A program made the position numbers and the translations under genes. Below the pieces are notes generated by a model that saw nothing but the letters and a program-made list of their open reading frames with translations, did no database searches and had not been told where the DNA came from. A stretch of 64,000 bases of DNA from Streptosporangiaceae bacterium (GTDB lineage Bacteria; Actinomycetota; Actinomycetes; Streptosporangiales; Streptosporangiaceae), in assembly GCA_036502085.1 (NCBI GenBank), contig DASXZD010000018.1:16094-80093 (forward strand). The letters run 5' to 3'. Positions 36,175 to 45,773 of this stretch are shown here, piece after piece (the stretch's first letter is position 1; every line of letters begins with the position of its first letter).

Positions 36175-37554
36175 TTAGCCTGCCAGCACCTCCCTTATCC
36201 GGCCGTTGTCGGCGATCAGCAGGTTGCCGGCGCTGTCCGCCACGGCGCTCTGCGGCTGGTTGAGCTCGGCGGCGGTGGCCAGGCGGCCGTCGCCCGCGAA
36301 TCCTGCGGTGCCGTTGCCCGCGACCAGGTAGATGTCGCCGACGATCATCGGCTTGCCGTAGAAGGTGCCGGCCCGCTCGGCCACCACCCGGATCCGCTGG
36401 TTGAACGAGTCGGCGATCACCAGGTTGCCTGCGTTGTCGATCGAGATGCCGCCCGGGAAGTTGAGCCCGGTCTCGGTGGCCGGGCCGACCTTGCCGGAGT
36501 AGCCGTGATGGCCGTTGTCGGCCACCGTGTAGATGTCGCCGGCCGTCATCGCCTGCCCGTACAGGGTGCCCGTGCTGGCGGCGACCAGCCGGATCCGGCT
36601 GTCGTCGGTGTCGGCGATCACCAGGTTGCCGGCGGCGTCCACGGCCACGGTATTCGGAAGGTTCAGGAACGCGCTGGTGGCCGGGCCGCCGTCGCCCAGC
36701 GTGCTTCCGTTGCTGCCTGCCACGGTGTAGATGTCGCCGGCGGTCATCGGCTGCCCGTAGAAGGTGCCGGTGCTGGCGGCGACCACTCGAATCCGGCTGT
36801 TCAGCGAGTCGGCGATCAGCAGGTTGCCTGCGTGGTCCACCGCGACCCCGGACGGGAACGACAGCTTGGCGCTGGTGGCCGGGCCGCCGTCGCCGGCGAA
36901 CCCGCCGGTGCCGTTGCCGGCCACCGTGTAGATGTCGCCGGCCGTCATCGGCTTGCCGTAGAAGGTGCCGCTGCTCTCCGCGACGACCCGGATCCGCTGG
37001 TTGCGCGTGTCGGCGATCACCAGGTTGCCCGCGGCGTCCGCCGTCACGGCCTGCGGGCCGGCCAGTTCGGCGCTGGTGGCCGGGCTGCCGTTACCGGCGA
37101 ACCCGCCGATGCCGTTGCCGCCCAGGGTGTAGATGTCACCAGCGGTCATGGCCCGACCGTAGAACGTGCCGGTCGTGCGCGCGGCGACCTCGATCCGGTT
37201 GAAGTCGGCACCGGCGATCAGCGCGTTGCCCGCCGCGTCGACGGCCACGGCGGTCGCGCCGGCCTGGGCCAGGGTGGCCGGGCCGCCGTCGCCGGAGAAC
37301 GCGGCGTAGGTCACGCCGCAGATCTCGTCCTGAAGGTCCATCGCGGTGGCCGGGGCCGGGCCGCCGACACCGCCGGCGATCGTCGAGATATCCCCGGCCG
37401 CCGTGGCATGACCAGCTCTTAGCCCCGCGAAGCCGGTCGGCTGCGAGGCCGCGTGCGCCTGGCCGGAGCCGGTCAGGGCCGCCCCCGAGACCAGCATCGC
37501 CGCGGCCGCGGCGGCCACTGTCCGCCTGCCGCCGCGCAACTTGATGCCTCGCAT
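36175..37554 (-). CDS. secreted NHL-repeat beta-propeller protein
   Basis: Start moved to ATG 37554 (MRGIKLRGGRRTVAAAAAAMLVSGAALTGSGQAHA). Repeated GDGGPAT...P.GVAVD.AGNL.IAD..N.RIR units. Confidence 0.85.
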   Translation of the reverse strand: MRGIKLRGGRRTVAAAAAAMLVSGAALTGSGQAHAASQPTGFAGLRAGHATAAGDISTIAGGVGGPAPATAMDLQDEICGVTYAAFSGDGGPATLAQAGATAVAVDAAGNALIAGADFNRIEVAARTTGTFYGRAMTAGDIYTLGGNGIGGFAGNGSPATSAELAGPQAVTADAAGNLVIADTRNQRIRVVAESSGTFYGKPMTAGDIYTVAGNGTGGFAGDGGPATSAKLSFPSGVAVDHAGNLLIADSLNSRIRVVAASTGTFYGQPMTAGDIYTVAGSNGSTLGDGGPATSAFLNLPNTVAVDAAGNLVIADTDDSRIRLVAASTGTLYGQAMTAGDIYTVADNGHHGYSGKVGPATETGLNFPGGISIDNAGNLVIADSFNQRIRVVAERAGTFYGKPMIVGDIYLVAGNGTAGFAGDGRLATAAELNQPQSAVADSAGNLLIADNGRIREVLAG

Positions 37555-38230
37555 GTGGCTCCTCCTGATCGCTGCTGATGGCGTCCCGCCTGCGGCCATG
37601 CCTCCTGAGACCTCCGGAGCGGCACACCATCTGTCATTGAGACGCCCGATTGACGCCACAGGATTACCTCATGCGCCGATAAGGGGGAATTTTCTGCCGG
37701 GCGGACGGGGTGGCCGGACCGGACAGCCGGAGTCCTCGCTCATCTCTGAAGGTCATACGGCATGACGAGAGGGCGACGTCGACCTGGTGCCGGCCCAGGA
37801 GCTTGCTAGCCGTTGCCGATGGCCGTTCAGCCAGGCCCGGCCGACTTGCTACATACCTGGCGGCGCCAGCCGGCTGGCTGAGCCTGGCCAGCCGATCTCT
37901 TCGAGGAACTCCTCCACGGCGACGACCCGGCCGAGCACCGCGATCGAGCTGGACCAGCATCGGCGTCAGCCATGCCCACGACCTTAACGCCGTCGACGCA
38001 GAACCCCTTCGCCAGCCAGACCGGATACGAACCGGTCGGACTCTCAAGGTATTCGACCCCACAGGCGGCCACCCTGTGCCGTCGGAGGGCAAGACGGCGG
38101 CGCGACGGCGCCGAATAGAAGGTGTGCGGACCAGGCAGCGCCACACCACGGCCATGCCCTGGCCGCGGGCTGTCGGCCGTCCCGGGAGCGGGAGAAAACC
38201 ATGGAATCTGACGGTGCGAAGAGACTGGGC

Positions 38231-39619
38231 ATGAATCTGCATCGGGCGGGGCGGGTCGTCGCGGTGCTGGCGGCGGTGTGCGGGGCCGGGCTGGGTACGG
38301 CCGGAGCCGCGACAGCGGCGGCGGCGCAGACGGCGGCGGCGCAGACGGCGGCGGCGCAGACGGTGGCCTGGGGTACGACCAGCAGCGCCCCGGCGGGCGC
38401 ACGAGGGGAACTGTTCGGCGTGGCCGCGGCGTCAACGGCCGATGTTCTTGCCGTCGGCGGGTACAACCCGGGGGCGCCCCCGACGGCGGTGCTGACCAAG
38501 CCATACGCGGAGCACTGGGACGGCGCCGGGTGGAGTGCCGCGCGGGTGCCGCTGGGGCCGGTGTACCCGGCAGGCGAGCAGGCCGCCCAGCTCAACGGCG
38601 TGGCCGAGGCCGGCCCAAGTGATGGTTGGGCGGTCGGGACGGTCTCTGATACCTCGTCGCTGGCCAGCCGGACCCTCGCGTACCACTGGGACGGGACGGC
38701 CTGGACGCGCAGTCCGACCCCCAACCCAGCCGGCCCGGCGCTGGGCAACCAGCTCGACGCGATCGCGGCCAGGGCCACCGATGACGTGTGGGCGGCCGGC
38801 GGCGACAGCTTCCCGGCCGTTTCGCTGCTGCTGCACTGGAACGGCAGCACCTGGAGGCGGGTGAGCGTTCCCGATGCCGGCACGCTGAACGCCGTCGCGG
38901 TCGCGCCGGGACATGTCTGGGTCGCCGGCGGCAACCAGGTAGAACAGTCCGACGGGACGACCTGGGCCGCGCTGCCGCCCCTGCCGGTCCCGGCACAGTC
39001 CTCGCTGGTCATCGCGGGCCTCGCCGACACCGGCGCCGGGCTGTGGGCGGTGGGCACGCTGGAGAGCTCGTGCGGCGAGGGAGGGATCTGCCCCCGCTCC
39101 TACGCGGCATTGTGGAACGGCGCCACCTGGACCGCAGCACCAGCCGGCGCGGGCGACGACGGGCTCACGGGGGTAGTCGCCGCCGGGTCGACGGTGCTGG
39201 CCACCTCCGGGCCTGGGGTTCTGCGGCTCAGCCTGGCCGGCTCCACGGCGCAGGTCACTCCCGTGCCCGGTCCGGCGCAGCTCACCGCCATCGCCGCCGA
39301 CCCGGCGGGGAACCCGTGGGCGGTCGGCTGGACGGCCACCCGCACCAAGGTCACGCCCGCGATCATCAACGCGCCTGGCATCGGGCAGGGCGGCATCATC
39401 GTGACTACCGGTGCGTCCGGCGCCACGGTCACCTGGACCGGCCCGGCCGCCGGGGCCGCCAGCACAGATCCGGGCGGACGGCTCGCCGTCGGCGGCCTGC
39501 CTGACGGCAGCTACACGATCACCGCCGGCCTGCCCGGCTGCCCGCCCCGCACCGTACCCGCCACGGTAACCGCCGGAGTCGCCACTGCCGTCCGCGCTCG
39601 CATCAGCTGCCCAGCGTGA
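38231..39619 (+). CDS. secreted repeat protein (propeller-like HWDG..W units) with a C-terminal Ig/carboxypeptidase-regulatory-like domain
   Basis: Signal peptide MNLHRAGRVVAVLAAVCGAGLGTAGA. Repeated W.G..W motifs. AAAQT x3 repeat after the signal peptide. Confidence 0.75.
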   Translation: MNLHRAGRVVAVLAAVCGAGLGTAGAATAAAAQTAAAQTAAAQTVAWGTTSSAPAGARGELFGVAAASTADVLAVGGYNPGAPPTAVLTKPYAEHWDGAGWSAARVPLGPVYPAGEQAAQLNGVAEAGPSDGWAVGTVSDTSSLASRTLAYHWDGTAWTRSPTPNPAGPALGNQLDAIAARATDDVWAAGGDSFPAVSLLLHWNGSTWRRVSVPDAGTLNAVAVAPGHVWVAGGNQVEQSDGTTWAALPPLPVPAQSSLVIAGLADTGAGLWAVGTLESSCGEGGICPRSYAALWNGATWTAAPAGAGDDGLTGVVAAGSTVLATSGPGVLRLSLAGSTAQVTPVPGPAQLTAIAADPAGNPWAVGWTATRTKVTPAIINAPGIGQGGIIVTTGASGATVTWTGPAAGAASTDPGGRLAVGGLPDGSYTITAGLPGCPPRTVPATVTAGVATAVRARISCPA

Positions 39620-39656
39620 TCCGCAATCGGTCGGCCGGGGCGTGATGCGGGTGCGG

Positions 39657-40466
39657 TCACCGCCGCCAGGCGGGCGGGCGGCGCTCGAGGAACGCGCGGA
39701 TGCCCTCTTGCGCCTCGTCGCTGGCGAACAGCCGGGCCGACAGGGCGGCCATGACGGCAGCGTCGGCGGCGAGCCGGGCCCGGCGCGGGCCGGTGAGCAG
39801 CTTCTTGGTCTCCGCCGCGCCCTGCGGCGAGGTCTGCAAAAGCTGGTCGAGCAGTCCGGCGGTCACCCCGTCGAGTTCGTCCGCGCTGGTCGCGACCGTG
39901 ATCAGGCCGATCTCGGCCGCGGTCGCGGCGTCGAACGTCTCGCCGGTCAGGTAATACCTGGCGGCGGCGCGCGGCGGCATCAGGTCCAGTGTGGTCAGCG
40001 AGATGATCGCGGGCGCGAGACCGATCCTGGCCTCGGTGAACGCGAACGACGCGGCCTGCGAGGCGACGGCCAGGTCGCAGGCGCCGACGATGCCCATGCC
40101 GCCCGCCCGCACGTGCCCGCCGACCTTGGCGATCACCGGCTTGTCCAGCTCGATGATCGCGGTCATCATGCTCATCATCGCGCTGGTGGCGCCCGAGCTA
40201 GGCGATCCGGCGGTTGCGTCCGAGCCGCCGGCCGCATCCGAGCCGGGCGAGGTGCTGCTGGCCTCGGACAGGTCCGCGCCGGAGCAGAAGACCTTGCCGG
40301 TGTGCGTGAGCAGGACCGCGCGGACGGCCGGGTCGGCCGCGGCCGCGGCCAGGTGCCCGCCGAGCTCGGCGACCAGCGCCCGGGACAGGGCGTTCCGGTT
40401 CTTCGGCGAGTCGAGGGTGATGCTGGCGACCTGGTCGCCGACGTCGTACTGCACGAGGGAAGTCAC
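39657..40466 (-). CDS. enoyl-CoA hydratase/isomerase (crotonase) family protein
   Basis: NRNALS, FCSGADL and GGMGIVGACDLAVAS motifs. Confidence 0.88.
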   Translation of the reverse strand: MTSLVQYDVGDQVASITLDSPKNRNALSRALVAELGGHLAAAAADPAVRAVLLTHTGKVFCSGADLSEASSTSPGSDAAGGSDATAGSPSSGATSAMMSMMTAIIELDKPVIAKVGGHVRAGGMGIVGACDLAVASQAASFAFTEARIGLAPAIISLTTLDLMPPRAAARYYLTGETFDAATAAEIGLITVATSADELDGVTAGLLDQLLQTSPQGAAETKKLLTGPRRARLAADAAVMAALSARLFASDEAQEGIRAFLERRPPAWRR

Positions 40467-40567
40467 CGCAACGAGCGTAGCCTGACCCGCCGCGGCCCGG
40501 TCTTCAGCCCGCGATCCCCGCGATCACCAGCCGCGGTCCTCACCCCGCGGCCAGCAGCCCGCAATCC

Positions 40568-40897
40568 TCAGTCCTCCGTGACCAGCATCTCGCCGAGCCG
40601 GGACCAGTCGTCCTGCGGGACCTCGAAGTTCACGATCCTGGGCGTCTCGGCCAGGTGCGGCGGCAGCCATTGCTGCGCCTTCTTGAAGTGCTCGGACTGA
40701 ACGTGCGCGGTCCCGGCCGCGCCGTCGCGGAACGCCTCGACCAGGACGTACTCGTTCGGGTCATCGACGCTGCGGGACCAGTCGAACCACAGGCAGCCGG
40801 GCTCGGCCCGGCAGGCCTGAGTGAACTCGCGGGTGATCTCGGGCCACCGGTCGGCATGCTCGGGGCGGATCAGGAACTTGGCGGTGATGAAGATCAT
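40568..40897 (-). CDS. antibiotic-biosynthesis-monooxygenase (ABM) domain protein
   Basis: 109 aa with ferredoxin-like pattern EPGCLWFDWSRS...YVLVEAFRD..A...H..S.HF. Confidence 0.8.
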   Translation of the reverse strand: MIFITAKFLIRPEHADRWPEITREFTQACRAEPGCLWFDWSRSVDDPNEYVLVEAFRDGAAGTAHVQSEHFKKAQQWLPPHLAETPRIVNFEVPQDDWSRLGEMLVTED

Positions 40898-41080
40898 CGG
40901 TCTCTCTCGTCCGGTCGGGACCAGGTCTCACTCGTGATCTTAGATGGCGGGCGGCGGATGGCCTGTGCCAAAATTTGACGCCGCCCGGCGGGCTGCCGGC
41001 CTGCGCGGTCACGATCCTGGCACCCGCGGACGCCCGCCGCGCGGGCGGCGGCGTACCGCGATACCGGTCAGCATCCCGGT

Positions 41081-41755
41081 GTGACCGAGCAGGAGGTTCC
41101 CCCCGGCGGCGAACTCGTCGGCGATGACGTGCCGTGGCAGGCGTGGTCGCCGGCCGAGGCCGCGGAGCGGCTGGCCGGGGTGCCGGTGCCGTGGGCGGTC
41201 GCGGGCGGCTGGGCCGTCGACCTGTTCTGTGGCCAGACGACGCGCGAGCACGACGACCTGGAGATCGCCATCCCGGCGGCAGGCTTCCCGGCCGTCCGCG
41301 CCGCGCTCAGCGACCTGGAGTTCGACGTGATCGGGGACGGCTGGCGCTGGCCGGCCGACAGCGAGGCCTTTGGCCTGCACCACCAGACCTGGGGCCGGGA
41401 GCCTGGCACCGGGATCTACCGGATCGACGTGTTCCGCGAGCCGCACGACGCCGGGAGCTGCCGCGACGCCGGGATCCGGAACGACGACGGGATCCGGAAC
41501 GACGACGGGATCTGGATCTGCCGCCGCGACGAGAGCATCAGGCGGCCGTACGACGAAGTGATCCTGCGGTCCGCCGACGGCATCCCCTACGTCGCACCGG
41601 AGATCGTGCTGCTGTTCAAGGCCAAGCACGCCCGGCCGAAGGACGAGGCCGACTTCGCCGGCCTGCTGCCGCTGATCGGCCCGGACCGCCGGGACTGGCT
41701 GACGGCGGCCCTGCGCCAGGTGCACCCCGGCCACCACTGGCTGGCCTCGCTCTGA
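41081..41755 (+). CDS. nucleotidyltransferase-fold protein (aminoglycoside/lincosamide NTase-like)
   Basis: WAVAGGWAVDLFCGQTTREHDDLEIAI (GG...D.D). Contains a GIRNDD x2 tandem insertion. Confidence 0.7.
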   Translation: MTEQEVPPGGELVGDDVPWQAWSPAEAAERLAGVPVPWAVAGGWAVDLFCGQTTREHDDLEIAIPAAGFPAVRAALSDLEFDVIGDGWRWPADSEAFGLHHQTWGREPGTGIYRIDVFREPHDAGSCRDAGIRNDDGIRNDDGIWICRRDESIRRPYDEVILRSADGIPYVAPEIVLLFKAKHARPKDEADFAGLLPLIGPDRRDWLTAALRQVHPGHHWLASL

Positions 41756-41913
41756 CCGGCGCGGGCCGAGCCTGGCCCGGCTATCGATAGCCGGGCCGAG
41801 ACCAAATAGCAGGCGTGAAGCAGGGCACCCGAAACTGACCTCAGCTTCGGGTGTTACCATCTCCGACGGGTATTGAACCGCGGCGCGGAATGCTGACCTA
41901 ACCTGACCGCTGG

Positions 41914-42084
41914 CTACTCTTGGGTGACGCCGAGCTTTTCCGGGTGGGCCTCGCGATAGTGCTGGGTCAGCACTTCGCTCACCTTGCCGGGCCGGTGCGC
42001 GATCGTGCGCTCACAGATCTGACATCGCACGGTCGGCAAATGCGTGACCGTCACCGGGAAGCGGCGCGAACGTGAATTATTCAT
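41914..42084 (-). CDS. small 56-aa CxxC...HxxxxH protein (below the track size cut-off)
   Basis: Own translation: MNNSRSRRFPVTVTHLPTVRCQICERTIAHRPGKVSEVLTQHYREAHPEKLGVTQE-stop. GC3 is about 79%. Confidence 0.5.
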   Translation of the reverse strand: MNNSRSRRFPVTVTHLPTVRCQICERTIAHRPGKVSEVLTQHYREAHPEKLGVTQE

Positions 42085-42689
42085 CACCGCCAATTATGCC
42101 ACCTGCCGGCGAGTCAGCGATACTAGGTCGGCCACATCCGCGCCACATCCGTGTCACACCCGCACCGCATCCGAATGGCCCCGCAGGATTTGTCGGCCTA
42201 CCACATGGAACGACCGGATGTTTCCGTCTAGATCCGTGATCCATGTGATATATAACACTCTGCTCCCACTGGTCCCTTTACGTCCGGGTGGGCCCTTCTC
42301 CGCGCCCTAACGCCGCGGTTCGTACCGGCCTGGCCGTCGGCGACCTCGTCAAATGCACCCGTCTGACCGCCCGGCTACCACCGGTCCGACCCGCCCAAGC
42401 CGCCGGACGTTTTTCGCAGATGCCACTAATCCGGACCACGGCTTCGTCGCGGCCAGGACGCGGAAGGCTGATGCCGCGGCCTTTCCTGATCAGTCGCCGG
42501 CCGCCGGACCTGGCCGGAACGGCCGGCCGCGGCGGCATACCTTTCCGCGGCCGGTCGCCGGCCATTCTGCCGTCGTCGCCGCGGCCCTTTCGCGCGCGCC
42601 GGAGCGGAGGTCCCTGTCGCCGCCGGGGCCGGCCGCGACACAATGAGCAGACCTCCCAACGGGGGAACTGACAAGGAGGCTGAGCCGTC

Positions 42690-43646
42690 ATGAAGCCATG
42701 CGCGGTGGTCACTGGAGGAGCCGGCTTCCTCGGCTCCCACCTGTGCGAACGGCTGCTCGCCGACGGTTACGACGTGATCTGCCTGGATAACTTCTGCACC
42801 GGATCACCCGCCAACGTCGAGCACCTGATCGGAACCGGATCCTTCCGGCTGATCAAGGCGGACGTCACCGATTTCATTCACGTCGGCACCAAGGTTGACG
42901 TCGTGTTCCACTTCGCGTCGCCCGCCTCGCCGATCGACTACATGCAGCTGCCGGTCGAGACGCTGAAAGTCGGCTCGATCGGCACTCTGCACACGCTGGG
43001 CCTGGCCAGGGAATGGAAGGCCCGCTACCTGCTCGCCTCCACCTCGGAGGTGTACGGCGATCCGCGGGTGCATCCGCAGCCCGAGACCTACTGGGGGCAC
43101 GTGAACACCGTCGGCCCGCGCGGCGTCTACGACGAGGCCAAGCGGTTCGGCGAGGCCATGACGATGGCCTACCGGCGGACGCACGGCGTGAACACGGCCA
43201 TCATGCGGATCTTCAACACGCACGGGCCGCGGATGCGGCCGAGCGATGGCCGGGCCATCCCCACGTTCATCCGCCAGGCGCTGAACGGCGAGCCGATCAC
43301 CGTGACCGGGGACGGCAGCCAGACGCGATCGATCCAGTACGTCGACGACCTCATCGAAGGGTGCATGCGGCTCGTGCGGTCGGGGCATCCCGGGCCGGTC
43401 AACATCGGCAACCCGCAGGAGATCAGCATGACCGGCCTGGCCGAGACAATCCGCGACCTGACCGGCTCGCGCAGCCCGATCAGCTACGTGCCCCGGCCGG
43501 TGGACGACCCGTCGGTTCGTCAGCCGGACACCACGCTGGCCCGCGAGGCACTCGGCTGGCAGCCCGCCGTCGGCCTCGAAGAGGGCCTGCGGCGGACGAT
43601 CGACTACTTCCGGGCCGTCCGAGCCCGGCCGGCCAGCACGCCCTAG
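42690..43646 (+). CDS. UDP-glucuronate decarboxylase (UXS-type extended SDR)
   Basis: [30 protein letters not shown], and near-colinear UXS motifs ([16 protein letters not shown]). Confidence 0.88.
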   Translation: MKPCAVVTGGAGFLGSHLCERLLADGYDVICLDNFCTGSPANVEHLIGTGSFRLIKADVTDFIHVGTKVDVVFHFASPASPIDYMQLPVETLKVGSIGTLHTLGLAREWKARYLLASTSEVYGDPRVHPQPETYWGHVNTVGPRGVYDEAKRFGEAMTMAYRRTHGVNTAIMRIFNTHGPRMRPSDGRAIPTFIRQALNGEPITVTGDGSQTRSIQYVDDLIEGCMRLVRSGHPGPVNIGNPQEISMTGLAETIRDLTGSRSPISYVPRPVDDPSVRQPDTTLAREALGWQPAVGLEEGLRRTIDYFRAVRARPASTP

Positions 43647-43647
43647 G

Positions 43648-45735
43648 TCACCGCGTGGTGGCTCGCACCGCGGGCCCGCGCAGCGACTCGGCCAGGCAGT
43701 ACCGTACGGCCAGCACGATCCGTTCCGCGTCGCCTTCGGTCAGCTCGGACGACATCGGCAGCGCGAGCACGCGGGCGTCCAGCTCCTCGGTGACCGGCAG
43801 CCGCTCCCCGCCGCCGAGCGCGGTCAGGTGCAGCGCACGGAAGTACGGCTTGGTCTGCACGCCGCAGTCCAGCAGCGACCGCAGCAGATCGTCGCGCCCG
43901 GCCTCTTGCGGCACCCGCATCACCCAGTGCACGTACGAATGCCGGTCGCCCGACCGCACCGCCTGCGGGGCCAGCCCCGGGATCCCGGCCAGCCCGTCCC
44001 GGTAGACCGCGGCGATGCGATTGCGCCGCCGCACCAGGTCGGCCAGGATCGCGAGCTGGTCGAGCGCGTAGATCGCGTGCAGCTCGTCGATCAGCTCCGA
44101 ACGGCACCAGCCCGCCGGATCGTCCCGCATGGCCGCGGCGGCCGCGGCCGGGAGCACGACCGCGCCGCCCGCGCCGCCCGCCGACAGCACCTTGGCGAAG
44201 CTCATCGAGAACGCGTGCGCGTCGGCCTGCCGGGCCAGCGGGCGGCCCCAGTGCAGGCTGCCCAGTGACGCCGCGGCGTCGCTGACCAGCGGGACGCCCG
44301 CCTCGCGGCAGACCGGCGCCAGCGCCTGGTAATCGCACGGATTGCCGAAGGTATCGACGCAGACGACCACGCGTACCGGACGCGAGGCGAGCTCCGTACG
44401 GAGAAAATCGGGGTTCAGGTTCCAGAAGTGCTCGTCGACGTCGGCGAAACGCAGCTGGTAGCCGAGCTGCAGGAGAACTTCGGCGGTCGCCGGGAAGGTG
44501 AACGAGGGCAGCAGCGCGACGTCGCCGGGCGCGGCGGGGCCCGCGGTCGCGGCCACCGCCAGCCGCAGCGCCGCGGTCCCCGACGCGGTGGCTATCACCG
44601 TGTGCTCCTCGCCGACGTCGAGCGCCCGCGCCAGCCCGTCCCGCAGTTCCTCGGACCAGCGGTTGCCGTGCTTGACCTCACCGCTCCACAGGCTCGCCTG
44701 CTGCCGGGCGGCCACCAGGTCGGGACGCGCGGCACGCGGCGGGATGACCACCGGGACGGCCGGCTCGAGCACCGGGCGGCCGTCCGCGCGCAGCACCGCG
44801 ACCATCTCCTCCAGGTGCGGGCGCAGCGGGCCGACCCTGTGACCAGCCGCGATGAGCCTGCTCGTGTCGATGATCCCGCCGCCGTCGCCAGCCGCGGGGG
44901 GCCGGGGGAGCACCGCCGACGCCGAGCCGCACAGCTCGCGGATCTCCTCGGCCAGCGCGACGAGCGAGACCGGTTCGCCGCCGACGTTGTAGATCCCCGG
45001 CGCCACCCCGGACCTGACGATTCCGGCAAGATCATTATTCCTAACGAAGCATTTCAGTCCCGTGCTTACCGACATCGGGTAACCGGCGATGGCCTTGCGG
45101 ATCAGCCCGCCGGCCCAGCCCTCACGGCCCGGACCGCAGACTTCGGCGAGCCGCAGGATGGTCAGCAGCTCCGGGTCGACCGACCGGGCGAGCAGCCGTT
45201 CCTGCGCCAGCTTGGACAGCGCGTAGGTCCACCGCCCGGACGGGCCGGCGGCGGCCAGGCGGCGGCCGGCCGGCGCGGACCGCCACGGCGGGCAGGGCTG
45301 CCGCGCGATCTCGGCCGCCTCGTCGCACCACGCGTCGATCTGCTCGACCGTCCAGGGCAGCTCGGGCGGGGTGTCCTCGCGCAGCAGGCCGGCCGCGCGG
45401 CCGTACACCTGAGCCGAGGACATCAGCAGCACCGGGCGGCCGGCCAGCGCGGGCAGGATCCGGGCCGTGGCCACCGCGTTGCTGACCGGCAGCGTCCAGC
45501 TCCAGCGCGGCCGCGGGTCGGCCGAGCCGAGCAGGATCACGGCCAGCCCTTCGGGCAGCGGCGGCGGCTCGTCGGTCAGCACGTCGGTCATCAGCCACTG
45601 CGCCCCGGCGCGGACCAGCTTCTCCCTGGGCGGGCACCGGTCGATGACCGTCACGTCGCAGCCCGCGGCGAGCAGCGCCTCGGTCACCGCGCTGCCCACG
45701 AACCCCGACCCGCCGAACAGCACGAACTTGCTCAT
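43648..45735 (-). CDS. fusion protein: NAD-dependent epimerase/dehydratase (N-terminal) + DegT/DnrJ/EryC1-type PLP aminotransferase (C-terminal)
   Basis: Start moved to ATG 45735 (MSKFVLFGGSGFVGSAV). YALSK catalytic dyad. No stop before the aminotransferase part (ATASGTAALRLAV, FSMSFAKVLSAGG with the PLP lysine). Confidence 0.8.
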   Translation of the reverse strand: MSKFVLFGGSGFVGSAVTEALLAAGCDVTVIDRCPPREKLVRAGAQWLMTDVLTDEPPPLPEGLAVILLGSADPRPRWSWTLPVSNAVATARILPALAGRPVLLMSSAQVYGRAAGLLREDTPPELPWTVEQIDAWCDEAAEIARQPCPPWRSAPAGRRLAAAGPSGRWTYALSKLAQERLLARSVDPELLTILRLAEVCGPGREGWAGGLIRKAIAGYPMSVSTGLKCFVRNNDLAGIVRSGVAPGIYNVGGEPVSLVALAEEIRELCGSASAVLPRPPAAGDGGGIIDTSRLIAAGHRVGPLRPHLEEMVAVLRADGRPVLEPAVPVVIPPRAARPDLVAARQQASLWSGEVKHGNRWSEELRDGLARALDVGEEHTVIATASGTAALRLAVAATAGPAAPGDVALLPSFTFPATAEVLLQLGYQLRFADVDEHFWNLNPDFLRTELASRPVRVVVCVDTFGNPCDYQALAPVCREAGVPLVSDAAASLGSLHWGRPLARQADAHAFSMSFAKVLSAGGAGGAVVLPAAAAAAMRDDPAGWCRSELIDELHAIYALDQLAILADLVRRRNRIAAVYRDGLAGIPGLAPQAVRSGDRHSYVHWVMRVPQEAGRDDLLRSLLDCGVQTKPYFRALHLTALGGGERLPVTEELDARVLALPMSSELTEGDAERIVLAVRYCLAESLRGPAVRATTR

Positions 45736-45773
45736 CGATAATCCCTCGGCCTGTCTGCGCGACTTTGGCACAT

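Noticed and set aside
35785-37422. 545-aa plus-strand ORF
   Set aside because: It is antisense to the NHL-repeat protein. Its apparent periodicity only mirrors the NHL repeats.
37664-38242. 192-aa minus-strand and 174-aa plus-strand ORFs filling the NHL / 38231 spacer
   Set aside because: Both are Arg-rich with no motif and no RBS-start context. Only a short GNAT-like fragment looks protein-like, and that is reported separately at low confidence.
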